DNA of 64,000 bases from Oopsacas minuta (taxonomy: Eukaryota > Animalia > Porifera): assembly GCA_024704765.1 (NCBI GenBank), contig JAKMXF010000088.1, forward strand, positions 620,001 through 684,000. The letters run 5' to 3'. Below, one piece after another: positions 45,901-56,300 of the stretch; position 1 is the first letter of the stretch; each line of letters opens with the position of its first letter. Under the pieces are notes generated by a model, which worked only from the letters and a program-made list of their open reading frames with translations, searched no databases and was not told where the DNA came from. Position numbers and translations under genes: made by a program.

Positions 45901-48233
45901 TATCAAATTATTCATGTATCAAATGGTAGACTACTATTACACATTTTGACTCTTTCGTAAAACATTTTGAACAGGACAGGTCCATTGTAATAGTGTCTCT
46001 AATTGTGCCAATATACGTAACAGAAGACGACCCAAAAGCTCATGCCACCTGTCCCACATTTATACCCATTTTGTCTCAACAGCCCATTAACTAAATACAG
46101 TAGACTCCGTCACATCGGGATCAGACCATTTAGACTCGATTAACCGGAGTCTACCGTATGCACATACTTGTATTGTCAATAGAATGTGACTTCTTTGTGA
46201 CATCCATTAATCCTGTATTGGTGTCAGATGCTTCGATACAAAAAGGACACAATTCATCAAATAACATTTGGGTAATTGTACAAGTGCTCCTTGTTATTAT
46301 GTCCTGTGTAGTGTCTGCTATTGATAGCAAGTTGAATAGCACCATAAATCTAGAGGATAGTGAGATTGTTTGTTTGTTTGTTTGTTTGTTTGTTTGTTTG
46401 TTGGTTGTTTACTCGACTGTACACAACACAATACACATATTTTCACACCTTGTAGAACCTCTATAAATCCATTCCTTCATATTTTGTTGTACAAAATGTA
46501 CTCTTGCTAAACTACAGTCCACATCCATCACAGATGGTTTACACCATTTTCCTCGCCACTCTGTGGTGATAACGTCCCCCTTATGGAGGCGAAGCATCCT
46601 CCTACGGGGGTACAACTTCAGGTACTCCTTGATGAAGTCTTTACTTGTCTTGCCTACCTCTTCCCAGACCTGCTTAGCTAGAAAGGTGTGAAAATATGAA
46701 TATAAATATCATAAATATTAAAACTGGATGGGTATTTTTGGCGGAATGTATTGAGGATCTGGTAAGAGCTAGTTGCATGAAAAGTGGCAAGAATGTGGCA
46801 CAAAGTGTGTCTAAGAACGTGTTGTTATATCCAACCGAAATCTCAAAAACTCTCTGAGAGAGGTGACGAAATATCCTGACCTATCAGGTTTACCCTCATA
46901 CATGAATGCTGGTATTCTATTGGGTAAGTTGGTGTGAAAATGGATTAAATGTGAGGTCCATTCAATGGGTAACAAATTGTACCCAAGGAGATATCACGCC
47001 CAACAGTGGGACACATAACTTACAGTATTTAGCCACCAGATACACATTATCTGGGGCCAAATATTGAGCAAACCCATCATCAAAGAATACAAGAATTCGA
47101 TTTCCATTTTCTTGACAGGATATCTCAGCTGCCACTCCAGCGTAGTATATGCCCAGCTGTCCATATAGAGCCACAATTCTGGCGCCTACTGTCACCTCTG
47201 TGACACTGTTGATGACACAAAGTTTGTTTCTTATCACAGACCTAGTAAACAACAATATAAACATCAACAAGTAGATATATATTACATTCATATACTTTTC
47301 AAAGAAATCGTCTCCACGGACATTGAAATAGGTGTTGTTAGAATGTGTGTGTACGATTGTACCCTTGTCCCAGTCTTTAGACTTCCTCATGACCAATACT
47401 TCAGTTCCTATTCTTAGTTCAGGTTGATGACACTTCATATCTTGTGTTATCTGTAGAATTGAAAAGAGTGTGTGTTTGTGTGTTTGTATATTTGTGTGTT
47501 TGTATGTTTGTGTGTTTGTTCGTTTACTTGTTTAATTACTTCTTTGCTTGTTTATCTATTTGTTTACATGTGTTGTTTGTTTGTGTGTCTTGTTGTTAGT
47601 AACATAAACCTATCACCTCATCATTAGAAACATCAAATTGTTTTGCGACATAATTATCAATTGGAGAAGTAGGTGTTAAGAGAGAAACAACTTGGTTAGT
47701 GTCACGAGGGACGAATTCCTCCTCAGGTGTGATAGGATCAGGAGCAGGACTTAAGACGGAGAGATCTATCTGAAGTCCTGACATTTTGGTCTCTATGACG
47801 CAAGAAGACCGCTCAGACGATCGTAGAGATTCATCTTCTATAAATAATGGTGGTTCTTAGCCATGAAGACACAAATATATACAGGAGCAATATGTTCCGT
47901 CGATATTACAATCAAATTACCATCACTACTATCCCCAGTGAATGTTTGCAAATTATTTCCACACCTTTTCCAGAAAACTTCTCCCCTCTTTTTCAAGTTT
48001 ACTTTTGTCTCAGTGATATTGTCCCTTATTATTGTATGATTATACTCGACACTACGAATACCCCGTGCTATCTGCTCGGATTTCTTCTCTAGGTCACGGA
48101 GTGTTGGTTGTATGTTTGATCTTGTGAGTGCCTCATTCAGACGTGTGATAAAATATTTGGACAGTTTGGGATCCATATGATCTACTATATGAGCAGGAAT
48201 CCGTTTAATAGGGAGATTGGACCAATTGGGCAT
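36914..48233 (-). CDS. SETDB1: SETDB1 H3K9 methyltransferase (Tudor domains, MBD, pre-SET, split SET, post-SET)
   Basis: Tudor exons (YYAGVAAE...[13 protein letters not shown]; EWIYRGSTR), MBD near 44170-44350 (GWKREL...[20 protein letters not shown]), SET-N at 43145-43350 ([22 protein letters not shown]), and SET-C at 36914-37276 ([16 protein letters not shown]...[13 protein letters not shown]...CRGRLL*). The start codon is uncertain (48233 or nearby). Confidence 0.92.
38716..41208 (-). CDS. DYNC2I1: WDR60 / dynein-2 intermediate chain 1, intronless, nested in a SETDB1 intron on the same strand
   Basis: Long ORF with a charged N-terminus, [27 protein letters not shown]...[17 protein letters not shown], and WD40 repeats ([16 protein letters not shown]). 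The likely start is MAERRSKG at 41208 rather than 41358. Confidence 0.85.
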   Translation of the reverse strand: MAERRSKGRARDQNREETWKSSELKPFMAKKSETTSHLRKEGLKIPLDTKKFKSETRTKDKSVIVPKETKKVVQKHKTTKEAKYEIPRKQEKSKQTENTKSTKMASDKSGSTQPLESHISKLEPSQIPEDILDTVPAIGMQPVELNDEDEVESYAEDFESYDEDFEEVSSGTDDTNGSGSVVKQEYDIDLIKQAIHMENQQMVVQINEPKVVPPKSEISLEKPQIQLSGRGFIKFHIPKTEVVVKDSIIEKTKTRLSHLMPLLVLDFQSIDLIEISPLSEYDVYIKQVGRDMTRQVAVQCNDDNFDRETQTDTIFIREKWTQHSTEGGECSCGTGIEDTLQTPLDFEVTENSSNFLSFFFKTSEIMCIVLDENTQNLVQNVSHADTMPLFEFTQSNPIHLNKISILAKREIVATAVSKTQSNSLLIAYAPSIINTFTLSVARKGLLAHWNINDAYQPKRLMECESTPVCCCFSPQRLFLAFAGMDNGSICVWDFRDTIDTLTPSPIEDGFRTRPASYSTAMLSTEGSHMAPISSIVTISRPKNADETHKTARLFDDITMTGLSFQIASIDILGVINIWVLAEVSNPEMCGSLVDLGMSPGARVKLIRSTSIAIVTPSRANYKLKTNVLATLLIFHPIDLNHYYIATLDGLVMHGCRHTGKPPIPKSHCIKDQNTPVTYLDFHPLAPDYFIVSYAGGFFAIFNREYKFPILTCSSGEIVSLKRVMWSRIHPLVVYTLSEKGELSVWDLSINHLACISKEKMCDNIDIINFDLIPERSTSFPHGEIVLSLSDGSCQIHPLKHISSSSKGDSFNTGDELEAFTAFVTKYQKIM
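41403..41415 (+). promoter_or_regulatory. RFX X-box in the WDR60/NHL bidirectional promoter
   Basis: GTTTCCTAGCAAC, about 195 bp upstream of the WDR60 ATG. Ciliary genes are established RFX targets. A second half-site, CCTAGCAAC, lies near 41498. Confidence 0.65.
41591..42820 (+). CDS. Coiled-coil + NHL-repeat (TRIM-NHL-like, lacking RING/B-box) protein, copy B, intronless, nested in a SETDB1 intron
   Basis: 409-aa ORF with a helical N-terminus, then repeated GxxGSGPGQLxxPRGVAI / [11 protein letters not shown] / [18 protein letters not shown] units. Confidence 0.88.
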   Translation: MAERFAIAPQVVDPIETHINYTIDGLIGLLNVRRAQLLRQVHNMREDEKAAEIARQEMTTQLTEAQAYLQGHLKENPLQFMQERITKEMEDKLRELRINNPVESVLKWQCDTCELETCISRLGDIMQEPVSVPKYSTFQTSTIATGKKGSGPGQLIDPRGVAIHEATNQIFVANYFNNRIEIFSDTGEYLNQLGVGQLNRPWGIAIHGENVYVSCWGDSTINQFTLTDMNLVRKIGGWGSNNGQFKLPYQLTTDPIGHVFIADRGNNRISIHDTDLNHLHNITHQSMTQPVDVKVSRDRVYVLCSNNNPCMHVLTLEGDKLHSLITCGLGMDVLRPFFFCLDPLNKFVISDVDTHSIRVFSPEGNLLHKIGTEGHQQGMLYNPQGIAITPNGRLVSVSHNENYGLQIIY

Positions 48234-48309
48234 AATGGTACGAGGAATAGCTCCGCTGAATAGGATCACCGTGATCCACTTGGCCAATGCATAGTGTTAA
48301 TAAACAAGA

Positions 48310-48420
48310 TTAATCATATTTTCACACCTTTTGGTGAATATTCAAATTGTCTTAGAGATTAGTTTCCACCTGCTAATTAGGGGTAAACAGGGACGTAGAA
48401 TTCGATTTTGACACTTTCAG
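48310..48420 (+). repeat. Dispersed ~110-bp repeat, three copies
   Basis: TTAATCATATTTTCACACCTTTTGGTGAATATTC...CACCTGCTAATTAGGGGTAAACAGGGAC...TTTTGACACTTTC. It also occurs at about 25915-26025 and, reversed, at 18266-18385. Confidence 0.8.
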
Positions 48421-48726
48421 ATGTCTAACACGAATATTGTCTCAATGTCCACTGTAATTAAATTAGTGATACTAAGGGGTACAGATCATTTATCATATTC
48501 TCACATATTATAAAAGTATTCACTTTAACCAATCAATGCAAAGTATTCCAGTAAAAAATATGTTGCATCGATTGGCTGATTGCTAATACACATAAGCAGA
48601 AATATTAATTAATCTAATAGTAAACAAAACAACAAAGAAACAAACAAAAAACAACATATAAGAATAGTAATAATTGTAGGTTGTAACCAGCATAATTCAT
48701 GAATAGTTGTTAGTTCTAATAAAGTG

Positions 48727-49788
48727 TTAATTATCCTCAACTAATCCAAAAAGTTTATTCAAACAAGAAGGATCAAGTTTACAGAGATCAAAATCAAATG
48801 TGGTTTTTGTCAGGGTATAGTGACCAGTCGATTCGACAACATTCACAATTTGTTGGAGTTTATTGGTGTCGGCTATGTTGTTCAATTGGCGATGAAGGTT
48901 TTTAAGTGTCGTTGTGTCCCAATTATTTGTCACGTCCATTTTTTCCACCTCATCCAATTGACTAGTACGCTTTTTATGAGGTTTTTCAACATTATCCAGT
49001 TTTGCTCGTTTTATTGGTTTCTCTTCTATTTTGTCTGTTCGCTTCTCTTTTTCAGGTTTTGGTTTAGTCTCAGATAGCAAAATTCCCCCGCCTTTTATTA
49101 GGCGGGATTTAAACTCTTCATTTGGAGTTTGGAATGTCAGCGTCTCACTACGTAGTTGATTTATAGGCGGGTCTTGCGCATTTGGTAGAAGTAAGTCATA
49201 CTCGAATAATTGAGATTTCAAATCGTCTTTATTTCTAAAGAATACTTCTATCCGCATATTGAAACTACCATAGCCGGACTCCTTTACCTGATAGGGTGGA
49301 TCTTTCACACCTGTAGAGAGGGAGGAGTTATAAATGGCACTAGATATAATGTGTCGAGGGTCAAATATATACATGTGTCGTAGTATTCGCGTGTATGAAA
49401 CTCGAAATGATGGTTTATTATATTATAAAGAAAATTGTAATCAAAATGTAATCGAAAGTAATTGTAATCGATTACAATTCAATCAAATTGCCTCATTCAG
49501 TCGTTTACATACATTTAAAAGGTGTGAAAATATGAATATATACCTCTCTTAGACTTTGAAAAACTTTCATGAAGATGGAACACAACTTTTTCAACAAAAT
49601 GTTTGATTTCGGCGTTGTCCTCACCCCTTACAAGAACGGTCCAATCATGAGTAAATCCATCAGGTGTCGGTTTCTTTCGCCAATTAGCCGTATGTCCCAA
49701 TACGAGTTTAACTTGGACAGCCTAAAAATAGATTTGTACAAGTCATAGTTCCATATTGGTAACTATAATATAATCTCAAACTCACCAT
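48727..49788 (-). CDS. MLLT3: AF9/ENL-family YEATS + AHD protein, 3 coding exons
   Basis: ATG-only exon 49786-49788; exon 49544-49721 ([10 protein letters not shown]...[11 protein letters not shown]...[14 protein letters not shown]); exon 48727-49310 ([15 protein letters not shown]; [16 protein letters not shown]...[11 protein letters not shown]). It is co-orthologous to MLLT1/MLLT3. Confidence 0.9.
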
Positions 49789-49912
49789 TTCTGTCACAGT
49801 GTATAAAAATCAATATGAAACAAGCTAATTGAACAATAAAACAGAAAATATCAATTTTCACACCTATGTGCCAGTGGCCATGGGAGCGTGCCATATTTTA
49901 GGCGCCAGAAAT

Positions 49913-52900
49913 TCAGGAAATAAGTATATTTAATTCAAGACATACAGATAGAATTTGTGATAAAACGAAGGTGTCATAATTAATAATATTTTCTAATATT
50001 TTGAATCCTGAAAATTTATCTAAATACTCCTCCAGTTTGATTATTTCTTTCGAAATATTCGATTTAGTTCCAAATTGTTTATTCATAACTTTCGTTAAAG
50101 AAAACAGCTTTATCATTGTTTGCGCGCCATAATCACATAGTTCCAATAAAGTGTCGTTGCTGGGGAATATACCTGGAATGTTTGTAAGGAAAATCGCAAT
50201 CAATTCTGTTATATATTTGAGTGCATTAGAAATTTGCTTTTGTTTAATATGCAATTTGGAACTATAAGTATGAAATATGATTAAATCGTAGAGTTGTAGA
50301 AAATTCTTTGATTTTTGAATAAGCAGCTGACAATTATTCGTGTCAAGTGGTTCCAAAATGTGGTTGCTTTTTAAAAAATACTTCTCAGAAAGTGTGAAAA
50401 ATGTTTTTGACTTTTCGTCTTTATTTCTAATTGAATCTTTCAACTTTTCAAACTCAATTTTTCCAAAATAATGATACGCCAAACTGAGGCTAAAAATAGT
50501 ATCATTTTTGGCGGGAAATATTTCTTCTAAAATAGAAATAGTTTGTACCAAAAGGTGTGAAATTTCGTTTGTAATATTTGGTTTCAATTCTTGGCTAAAC
50601 ATCAATTCAATTAATTGAAGTTTTACATTTGAAAGTTCATGTTTCAAATTGTTGCATAGTTCTGGGTTATCAACGTTGCCTAGCAACTTGATTCCGCTCT
50701 GGTATGCAGAAATAGCTTCATTATAATATTCATTGACTTGAGGTGTGAAAATATTCTTCCCAGTAGACTGATAAGCGCATATTCTCATTAAACGCGCCGA
50801 ATTGGAATAAACCAGAACTAAATTTAGAGCGTCATCTGATTGGTTGAAATAATGTATCGCATTCTGGAAGTATGTAAAGGCAGATTTGGCTAGTTCCAGT
50901 TTGGTATCGGAACTTAACTCTTTTTGGTTCAATATTGAATCCATACTAAGCAACCCAATTTCATTATAGGAATTTCCAAGGCGTTTCGATAAAGGTTTAC
51001 TAATAATTCTTGAGCTATTCTTAGAACGGGTCTCTATAAATAGATAACAATCAATTGAGTTGAGAATATTATCGGATGGATTTGAGGATATATGAACTGG
51101 CGGGATAAATGAATCAAAAATAATTTGATTGGAACTAAATGAGAGAATTGGTTTCAGTTCTGGGTCTTTTTCTAAAAAATCTTCCTGATGAGTTGAGATA
51201 TTTTGAGATTTACCAATTAGGCATAAAGCGTCACCCAATAACTGTAAAATTTTGAATCTTAGGAGGGAGATCGATTTGGCATTTTTCGAATCGCCGATAC
51301 ATGAAATAGTCCGCAAACAGTATTTTGCATATTTGACAACTTTACCAAGCATATCGAGGGTGAAATTTGATTGGCTGAGGATGTAGAAACAGACAGCTGC
51401 CTTTCTCATCATTTCACAAATATATTTTTTCATAAATTCAGTTTCATTTTGGAATTTTCGAGTTAGTTCCAGTGACGTAGTAATGTAATCAAGTGATACC
51501 CTAGCTCGCTCTTCATTGGAACCTAATTTTATTGGTGGCGGTGTTACCCGAGGTATTGTTCCATATTCATCTTCTGTCAGGTTTTCTATTGGCCAACTTA
51601 TAGGCATACTATCTGTAATTGGAACTAAATAATTTGATTTTTGTGAATCTTGTTTTGGATCACGTTTTTTCGATCTTTTCTTTGGATTTTTCACTGATTT
51701 AGATTGTTCCAGTTCTAGTTCCGGTTGTAATATCTCATCAATAAATTCCGCGCCTAAAAAGATCTCAGTTAACACCTCATAAGCGTATAGTTCCAGTTTC
51801 GATCCTCTTTCCGATCCCTTCAGTAGCCGTATAACCTGTTCCAACATATGCTTAACTGTACCCAATTCCTCTGGATATGTGTCACTATTTGGCGACAATT
51901 TGCGACACATTTGCGTGGCCACTTTATAGAACAACAGCGCCACAGGATCGACGAATGGATTCTCGAATTGTTGTGGCATTTCCCGCTCATTTTTGGTGTT
52001 AACCAATGATGTCAAATCGTATAACTTGATAATGTCTTCATCGCTGTCCCTTAACAACCAATAGGTATGTCCTTCTTTGGTACAATTAGCTTTCAAAAAA
52101 TGTAAAATATTTGAACAAATATTTGAGATTAAATCAGGAGAGAAGTTAGAATTTGGAAGTGTTGGAATTGTGTCGAGGTCAACCACTTCACAGTAACGTA
52201 TGATATTCTCTACACGGTATGCCATTAACACCTCTGGGACATTATTCATCAAGTTATCGAGCCACAAATCTATGCCAGTCAGGACATTTATTGGCATTGT
52301 GGCATCTTGGATGTACAGACTAACCGCAGGATGTGTACCCATTCCGAAAATTGGTAGATCACACCCAAGTAGCATACTATAGTCCTCAAAACGCCAAAAT
52401 ATGTCACGGAGAGATGGTCCATACGACACATTCATGCCACCTATAGTTGTCAGTGATAGTGGCTGGGGGGTGGAGCTAAGTACCAAGCCAGGGGGCTTGG
52501 AGGGCCCCCTGATGTCATCGTCACCCAAACTATATCTACGTTGACGTGGCTTATTTCTCATTTGTGTAACTGGAACTATTGCTTGGTTCAGTTCCAATTC
52601 CAATGATACTCCTTGTTTTGAAACTGGAACTATATCTGAAGTTAGTTCCGGTAAGGATAAAACCCGCGAAATTGTGAGATCTTTCTCTAAATTCTCATTT
52701 TTCGGATTTTTGTTCTTTTGAGAATTCAAGTTAAGGAAGAAATCGTCAAAAATTAAAGTTTTGCCAATTCTGTGAACAGCCAAACTAAATGGTTCTTGGG
52801 AAAATGGTATTTTAAATAGTGTCTTAATGTGTCGCGATGATGCGATTATGTCCAGTTGTGGGAAAATATGTGAATACTTGATGGCCTGATCTACATTTGA

Positions 52901-53002
52901 AAGTGGACGAGGTTCAGGTGGTTTCATGCCACTCTTATTAGTGGCACTAGGATCAAGTGTTAGTTCTTGTTGTGGGAATACTTTAGAGTTGCATTCTGCC
53001 AT
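49913..53002 (-). CDS. EDRF1: Erythroid differentiation-related factor 1 homolog, intronless, 1029 aa
   Basis: IKTLFKIPF...LAVHRIGKTLIFD; PINVLTGIDLWLDNLMNNVPEV; FLKANCTKEGHTYWL...IIKLYDLT; TPR-like C-terminus. Confidence 0.88.
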   Translation of the reverse strand: MAECNSKVFPQQELTLDPSATNKSGMKPPEPRPLSNVDQAIKYSHIFPQLDIIASSRHIKTLFKIPFSQEPFSLAVHRIGKTLIFDDFFLNLNSQKNKNPKNENLEKDLTISRVLSLPELTSDIVPVSKQGVSLELELNQAIVPVTQMRNKPRQRRYSLGDDDIRGPSKPPGLVLSSTPQPLSLTTIGGMNVSYGPSLRDIFWRFEDYSMLLGCDLPIFGMGTHPAVSLYIQDATMPINVLTGIDLWLDNLMNNVPEVLMAYRVENIIRYCEVVDLDTIPTLPNSNFSPDLISNICSNILHFLKANCTKEGHTYWLLRDSDEDIIKLYDLTSLVNTKNEREMPQQFENPFVDPVALLFYKVATQMCRKLSPNSDTYPEELGTVKHMLEQVIRLLKGSERGSKLELYAYEVLTEIFLGAEFIDEILQPELELEQSKSVKNPKKRSKKRDPKQDSQKSNYLVPITDSMPISWPIENLTEDEYGTIPRVTPPPIKLGSNEERARVSLDYITTSLELTRKFQNETEFMKKYICEMMRKAAVCFYILSQSNFTLDMLGKVVKYAKYCLRTISCIGDSKNAKSISLLRFKILQLLGDALCLIGKSQNISTHQEDFLEKDPELKPILSFSSNQIIFDSFIPPVHISSNPSDNILNSIDCYLFIETRSKNSSRIISKPLSKRLGNSYNEIGLLSMDSILNQKELSSDTKLELAKSAFTYFQNAIHYFNQSDDALNLVLVYSNSARLMRICAYQSTGKNIFTPQVNEYYNEAISAYQSGIKLLGNVDNPELCNNLKHELSNVKLQLIELMFSQELKPNITNEISHLLVQTISILEEIFPAKNDTIFSLSLAYHYFGKIEFEKLKDSIRNKDEKSKTFFTLSEKYFLKSNHILEPLDTNNCQLLIQKSKNFLQLYDLIIFHTYSSKLHIKQKQISNALKYITELIAIFLTNIPGIFPSNDTLLELCDYGAQTMIKLFSLTKVMNKQFGTKSNISKEIIKLEEYLDKFSGFKILENIINYDTFVLSQILSVCLELNILIS
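50675..50687 (+). promoter_or_regulatory. X-box palindrome inside the EDRF1 coding sequence
   Basis: GTTGCCTAGCAAC, identical to 62662-62674, about 890 bp upstream of the AF9 ATG. Function is not established. Confidence 0.25.
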
Positions 53003-53391
53003 GTGAATAACTAATTATAAAGGCGTGAAAATAATAACACGAGTGTCTTCCAATAAGATTATACAAAAAATCCTTAATATGCCCTCAGGGGTTTATCTAG
53101 ATGCCATGAAGGACACAAAGCACCTACCTTGACACTCAAATATGGATCGATATGTTACCGTCTCTTCCATCCATTTGTCTCAAGTTGTCACTCAATGTGT
53201 CGCAAAAGTGTCACAACCACATAAATTTAAATAACAACAAGCTAGTTAGTTCCACCATTAATAAATCAGTTAGAGTTATAATCTATAATAATAATAATGT
53301 TCATACAGTCAATGTTTATGAATTATTCAATATCATAGTTAGGCACATGCATAATAGCTAGAGGGAAAGTTGGTTTCAGTTCCAGTTCACT

Positions 53392-56300
53392 TCACACCGC
53401 CACTTCGGTTGTGCCAGGGATGAAATCGTCTTCTACTTGGACGTGCATACGCTTTATACTAAAAATAGATTTAAATAAGTAATTATTTCCCGCCTAAATC
53501 ACATAACCCGCTTAAAATTGTGTAATCCCGCGCCTAAATACCATCGATCCCGCATAAAATCGTCTATTTCCCGCCTAAATTCTAGACAAACTTTCTGGCG
53601 CGTTTAACAGCTGTCAATTAAGAAATTGAGAAATTTCTGGATTTAATTAAATATTATATAATTTCAAGGTGTGATAAATTGGAACTATACATACTTGGCT
53701 ACTGGTGTAGGGCTGGAAGGTCTTGGTCTACGGAGGATATCTTTAGATAGACTTGTCTTGCAGGAAGCTAGTCGTGACTCAACAGACTAAAAAATAAACA
53801 AATATACACGGTAGATAGCCGTTATAAGAATATACCGGTTACAAGCACATGTATTGCTACTCCCAAGGGTGTTCTTATAACCAGCACACACTGTACAAAC
53901 AAAATGGAACTGAACAACTAACCCCAACTTTTCTAAGAATGTCACCGAGTATTGATAGGGCTTGTAGTCTGTTCCCCTCTGGAAGGGGAGAGGGGGTTGT
54001 TGAGGCTGCTGTAGGTGCACAAAGTGGTTTGAATGGCTGTGCCTGGTTCTGTGTGGCTGTTGGAATCTGAGGTGGTGGTGCCATTTGTTGGGAAGGTATT
54101 TTCCCTCGTTTTTTCTCACGTGCTGTCATCTCTGTTCTCATATCTATAAACATCACAAATAAACACTACATCTCTTGTTAGTAATTGGAACTAACTGGAA
54201 CCAAACCGGAACCAAGTCAAACCAAGGAGTAATCAAACTGGAACAATATAGGAACCAAATAGGTACCAAACAGGACGAGAGTCACCATACGTCCAATAAC
54301 AATCTATCATAAACTGTAATGGTCTACTCACCTCGCAATTCATCCATCATTCGCTGCATTTCTCTCTTACAAGATGAGTCCTTATCTGTAATCTCTTGTT
54401 GTAAGTAAAAATTAGTCTCTACGGTCTAAAAATAGATACAAGACTATTAATAGAACATCAAGGAATTGGGAAGTAGAAGATTAGATATTTCTCTTGCTAT
54501 ACTACATTCCTACTTGTTGCTATGGGGATATGAAAGGAATGTAGTACTCTTATGTCATACATTATCAATCAAGCGGGTATGTTCCTCTTGAACAATTGGT
54601 ACATATATTATCATATACTTACCTCACTGAGTTTGGATTCTATATCTGTGAGTGATGACATTATAATTCTAAAAGATAATAACTATGATGATATAGGTTC
54701 ACAATCTGGAACTCATGGAGCCCTTGGTGTTGCACTGAGGACAGCAGGGCGTCCACAGGTGTTAAAAGGGTCACAGGTGAGAAAGGAGGTCAGAACTAAT
54801 CCCAGGAAACTGGAATTATGACCTATTGTATTATAACGGACATTACAACTGGTCAATAAGAAGTATTTGAGACAAATATGACCTCTTTCCTTAGCATTCC
54901 TTATCACAATTAGGTTTCCAAGGAAATACATGTTAATGGGAGTAACAACATTTATGTTCTCCATATTATGCCAATTAAATATGCAAGCAAATGATAAATA
55001 AAAGGTGTGAGAATATGTATATAACTAACTTCGTATTTTTCTCCAATTTATCATTTTCTATCTGTAGTAATGCCATATCTGTTTTGTATTTACTATTCTG
55101 TGTTGTGTATATTTGTAATTCATCTTGTAGTCTACTTATTGAGTGAGAATCCTCTGATCTGATCTTACGGAGATTTTCCTAGAAAGGTAGACATTTATGA
55201 GCCACTGTGCCACTTCAGACACATAGAAATAGCCATTAGGACACTTTGGGACACAATTTAAAAGCCACTGTGCCACTTAAGACACATATAAAGAGACACT
55301 ATATCACTTTATGACACAATTATAAGCTATTTCCCATTATTTGTTTGTTTATCAGTTTGTTTACTAGTATATATACATGTTATTCACCTTTAACTTTTGA
55401 CATTCCTCTTCCAGAGCAGAGCTTTTAGGCTCCAAACACGATATCTTATCCTCAGCTGTTTTAAGACTAATTTCTAACTCTAACTCCAGCTGTTCACTGA
55501 ACATACGGAATTCATTGTATTGATCCTCTTGTGCTTTGTATCTGTAAACAAATAGGCATATAATAACTAAACAACAACAACAACAACAACAAGGGAGACC
55601 CTAGGGCGTGATTAGAGGTCAAATGGTACATGAATCTCTATCGCGGGTGAAAAAGGTTGTAACCACCGCCCTATCCACATACCCGAGGCAAAGATTCTTA
55701 TCAATCCCTTCCTTCAGTTCGGACTGGTGGAGATAGAGACACAATTGAGACAATATGGAACTATAAACTATCGAATAATCATATGTTACTAATGATGACA
55801 TATAGTTTTAACTAAGCGGGTAACTTCCAATAGAATATAATTACAGGATAGGCAAATCAGATTACAGGATTTATTTAACAGGTGGAATTCATTCATAGTC
55901 TACTAAAGCATATTGTCAGCTGATTCAGCCAATGAAATTATTCAGTTAGCAAACTACATTCTTCAAAGGAAAATTAAGCTTTTGCTGAATATTGATTGGT
56001 TAATGAATTCTTTTCAAAACAAGATTACGTATCCACGTAGTTCGTAGAATAAATACAGACTTTAATTGTCTACGAATAAAACCCAAATTTTGTTCGCTCT
56101 TTGTCTAGAAAAAGGCGCAGTATTTAGGTGGTTTGGGCGGGAAATAAATTATACTAATAGAAGTCAATAATAGTCACGGGTACACTATCAGGAAGCCTTT
56201 ACATTGACTGATTAATGAAGTTTGTTCATTGAAAGCTTTCGTTAAAATTGCAGGAAAACTTCTATGATTTGAATTTCAGACATAAACCTCCAAAAGCTAA

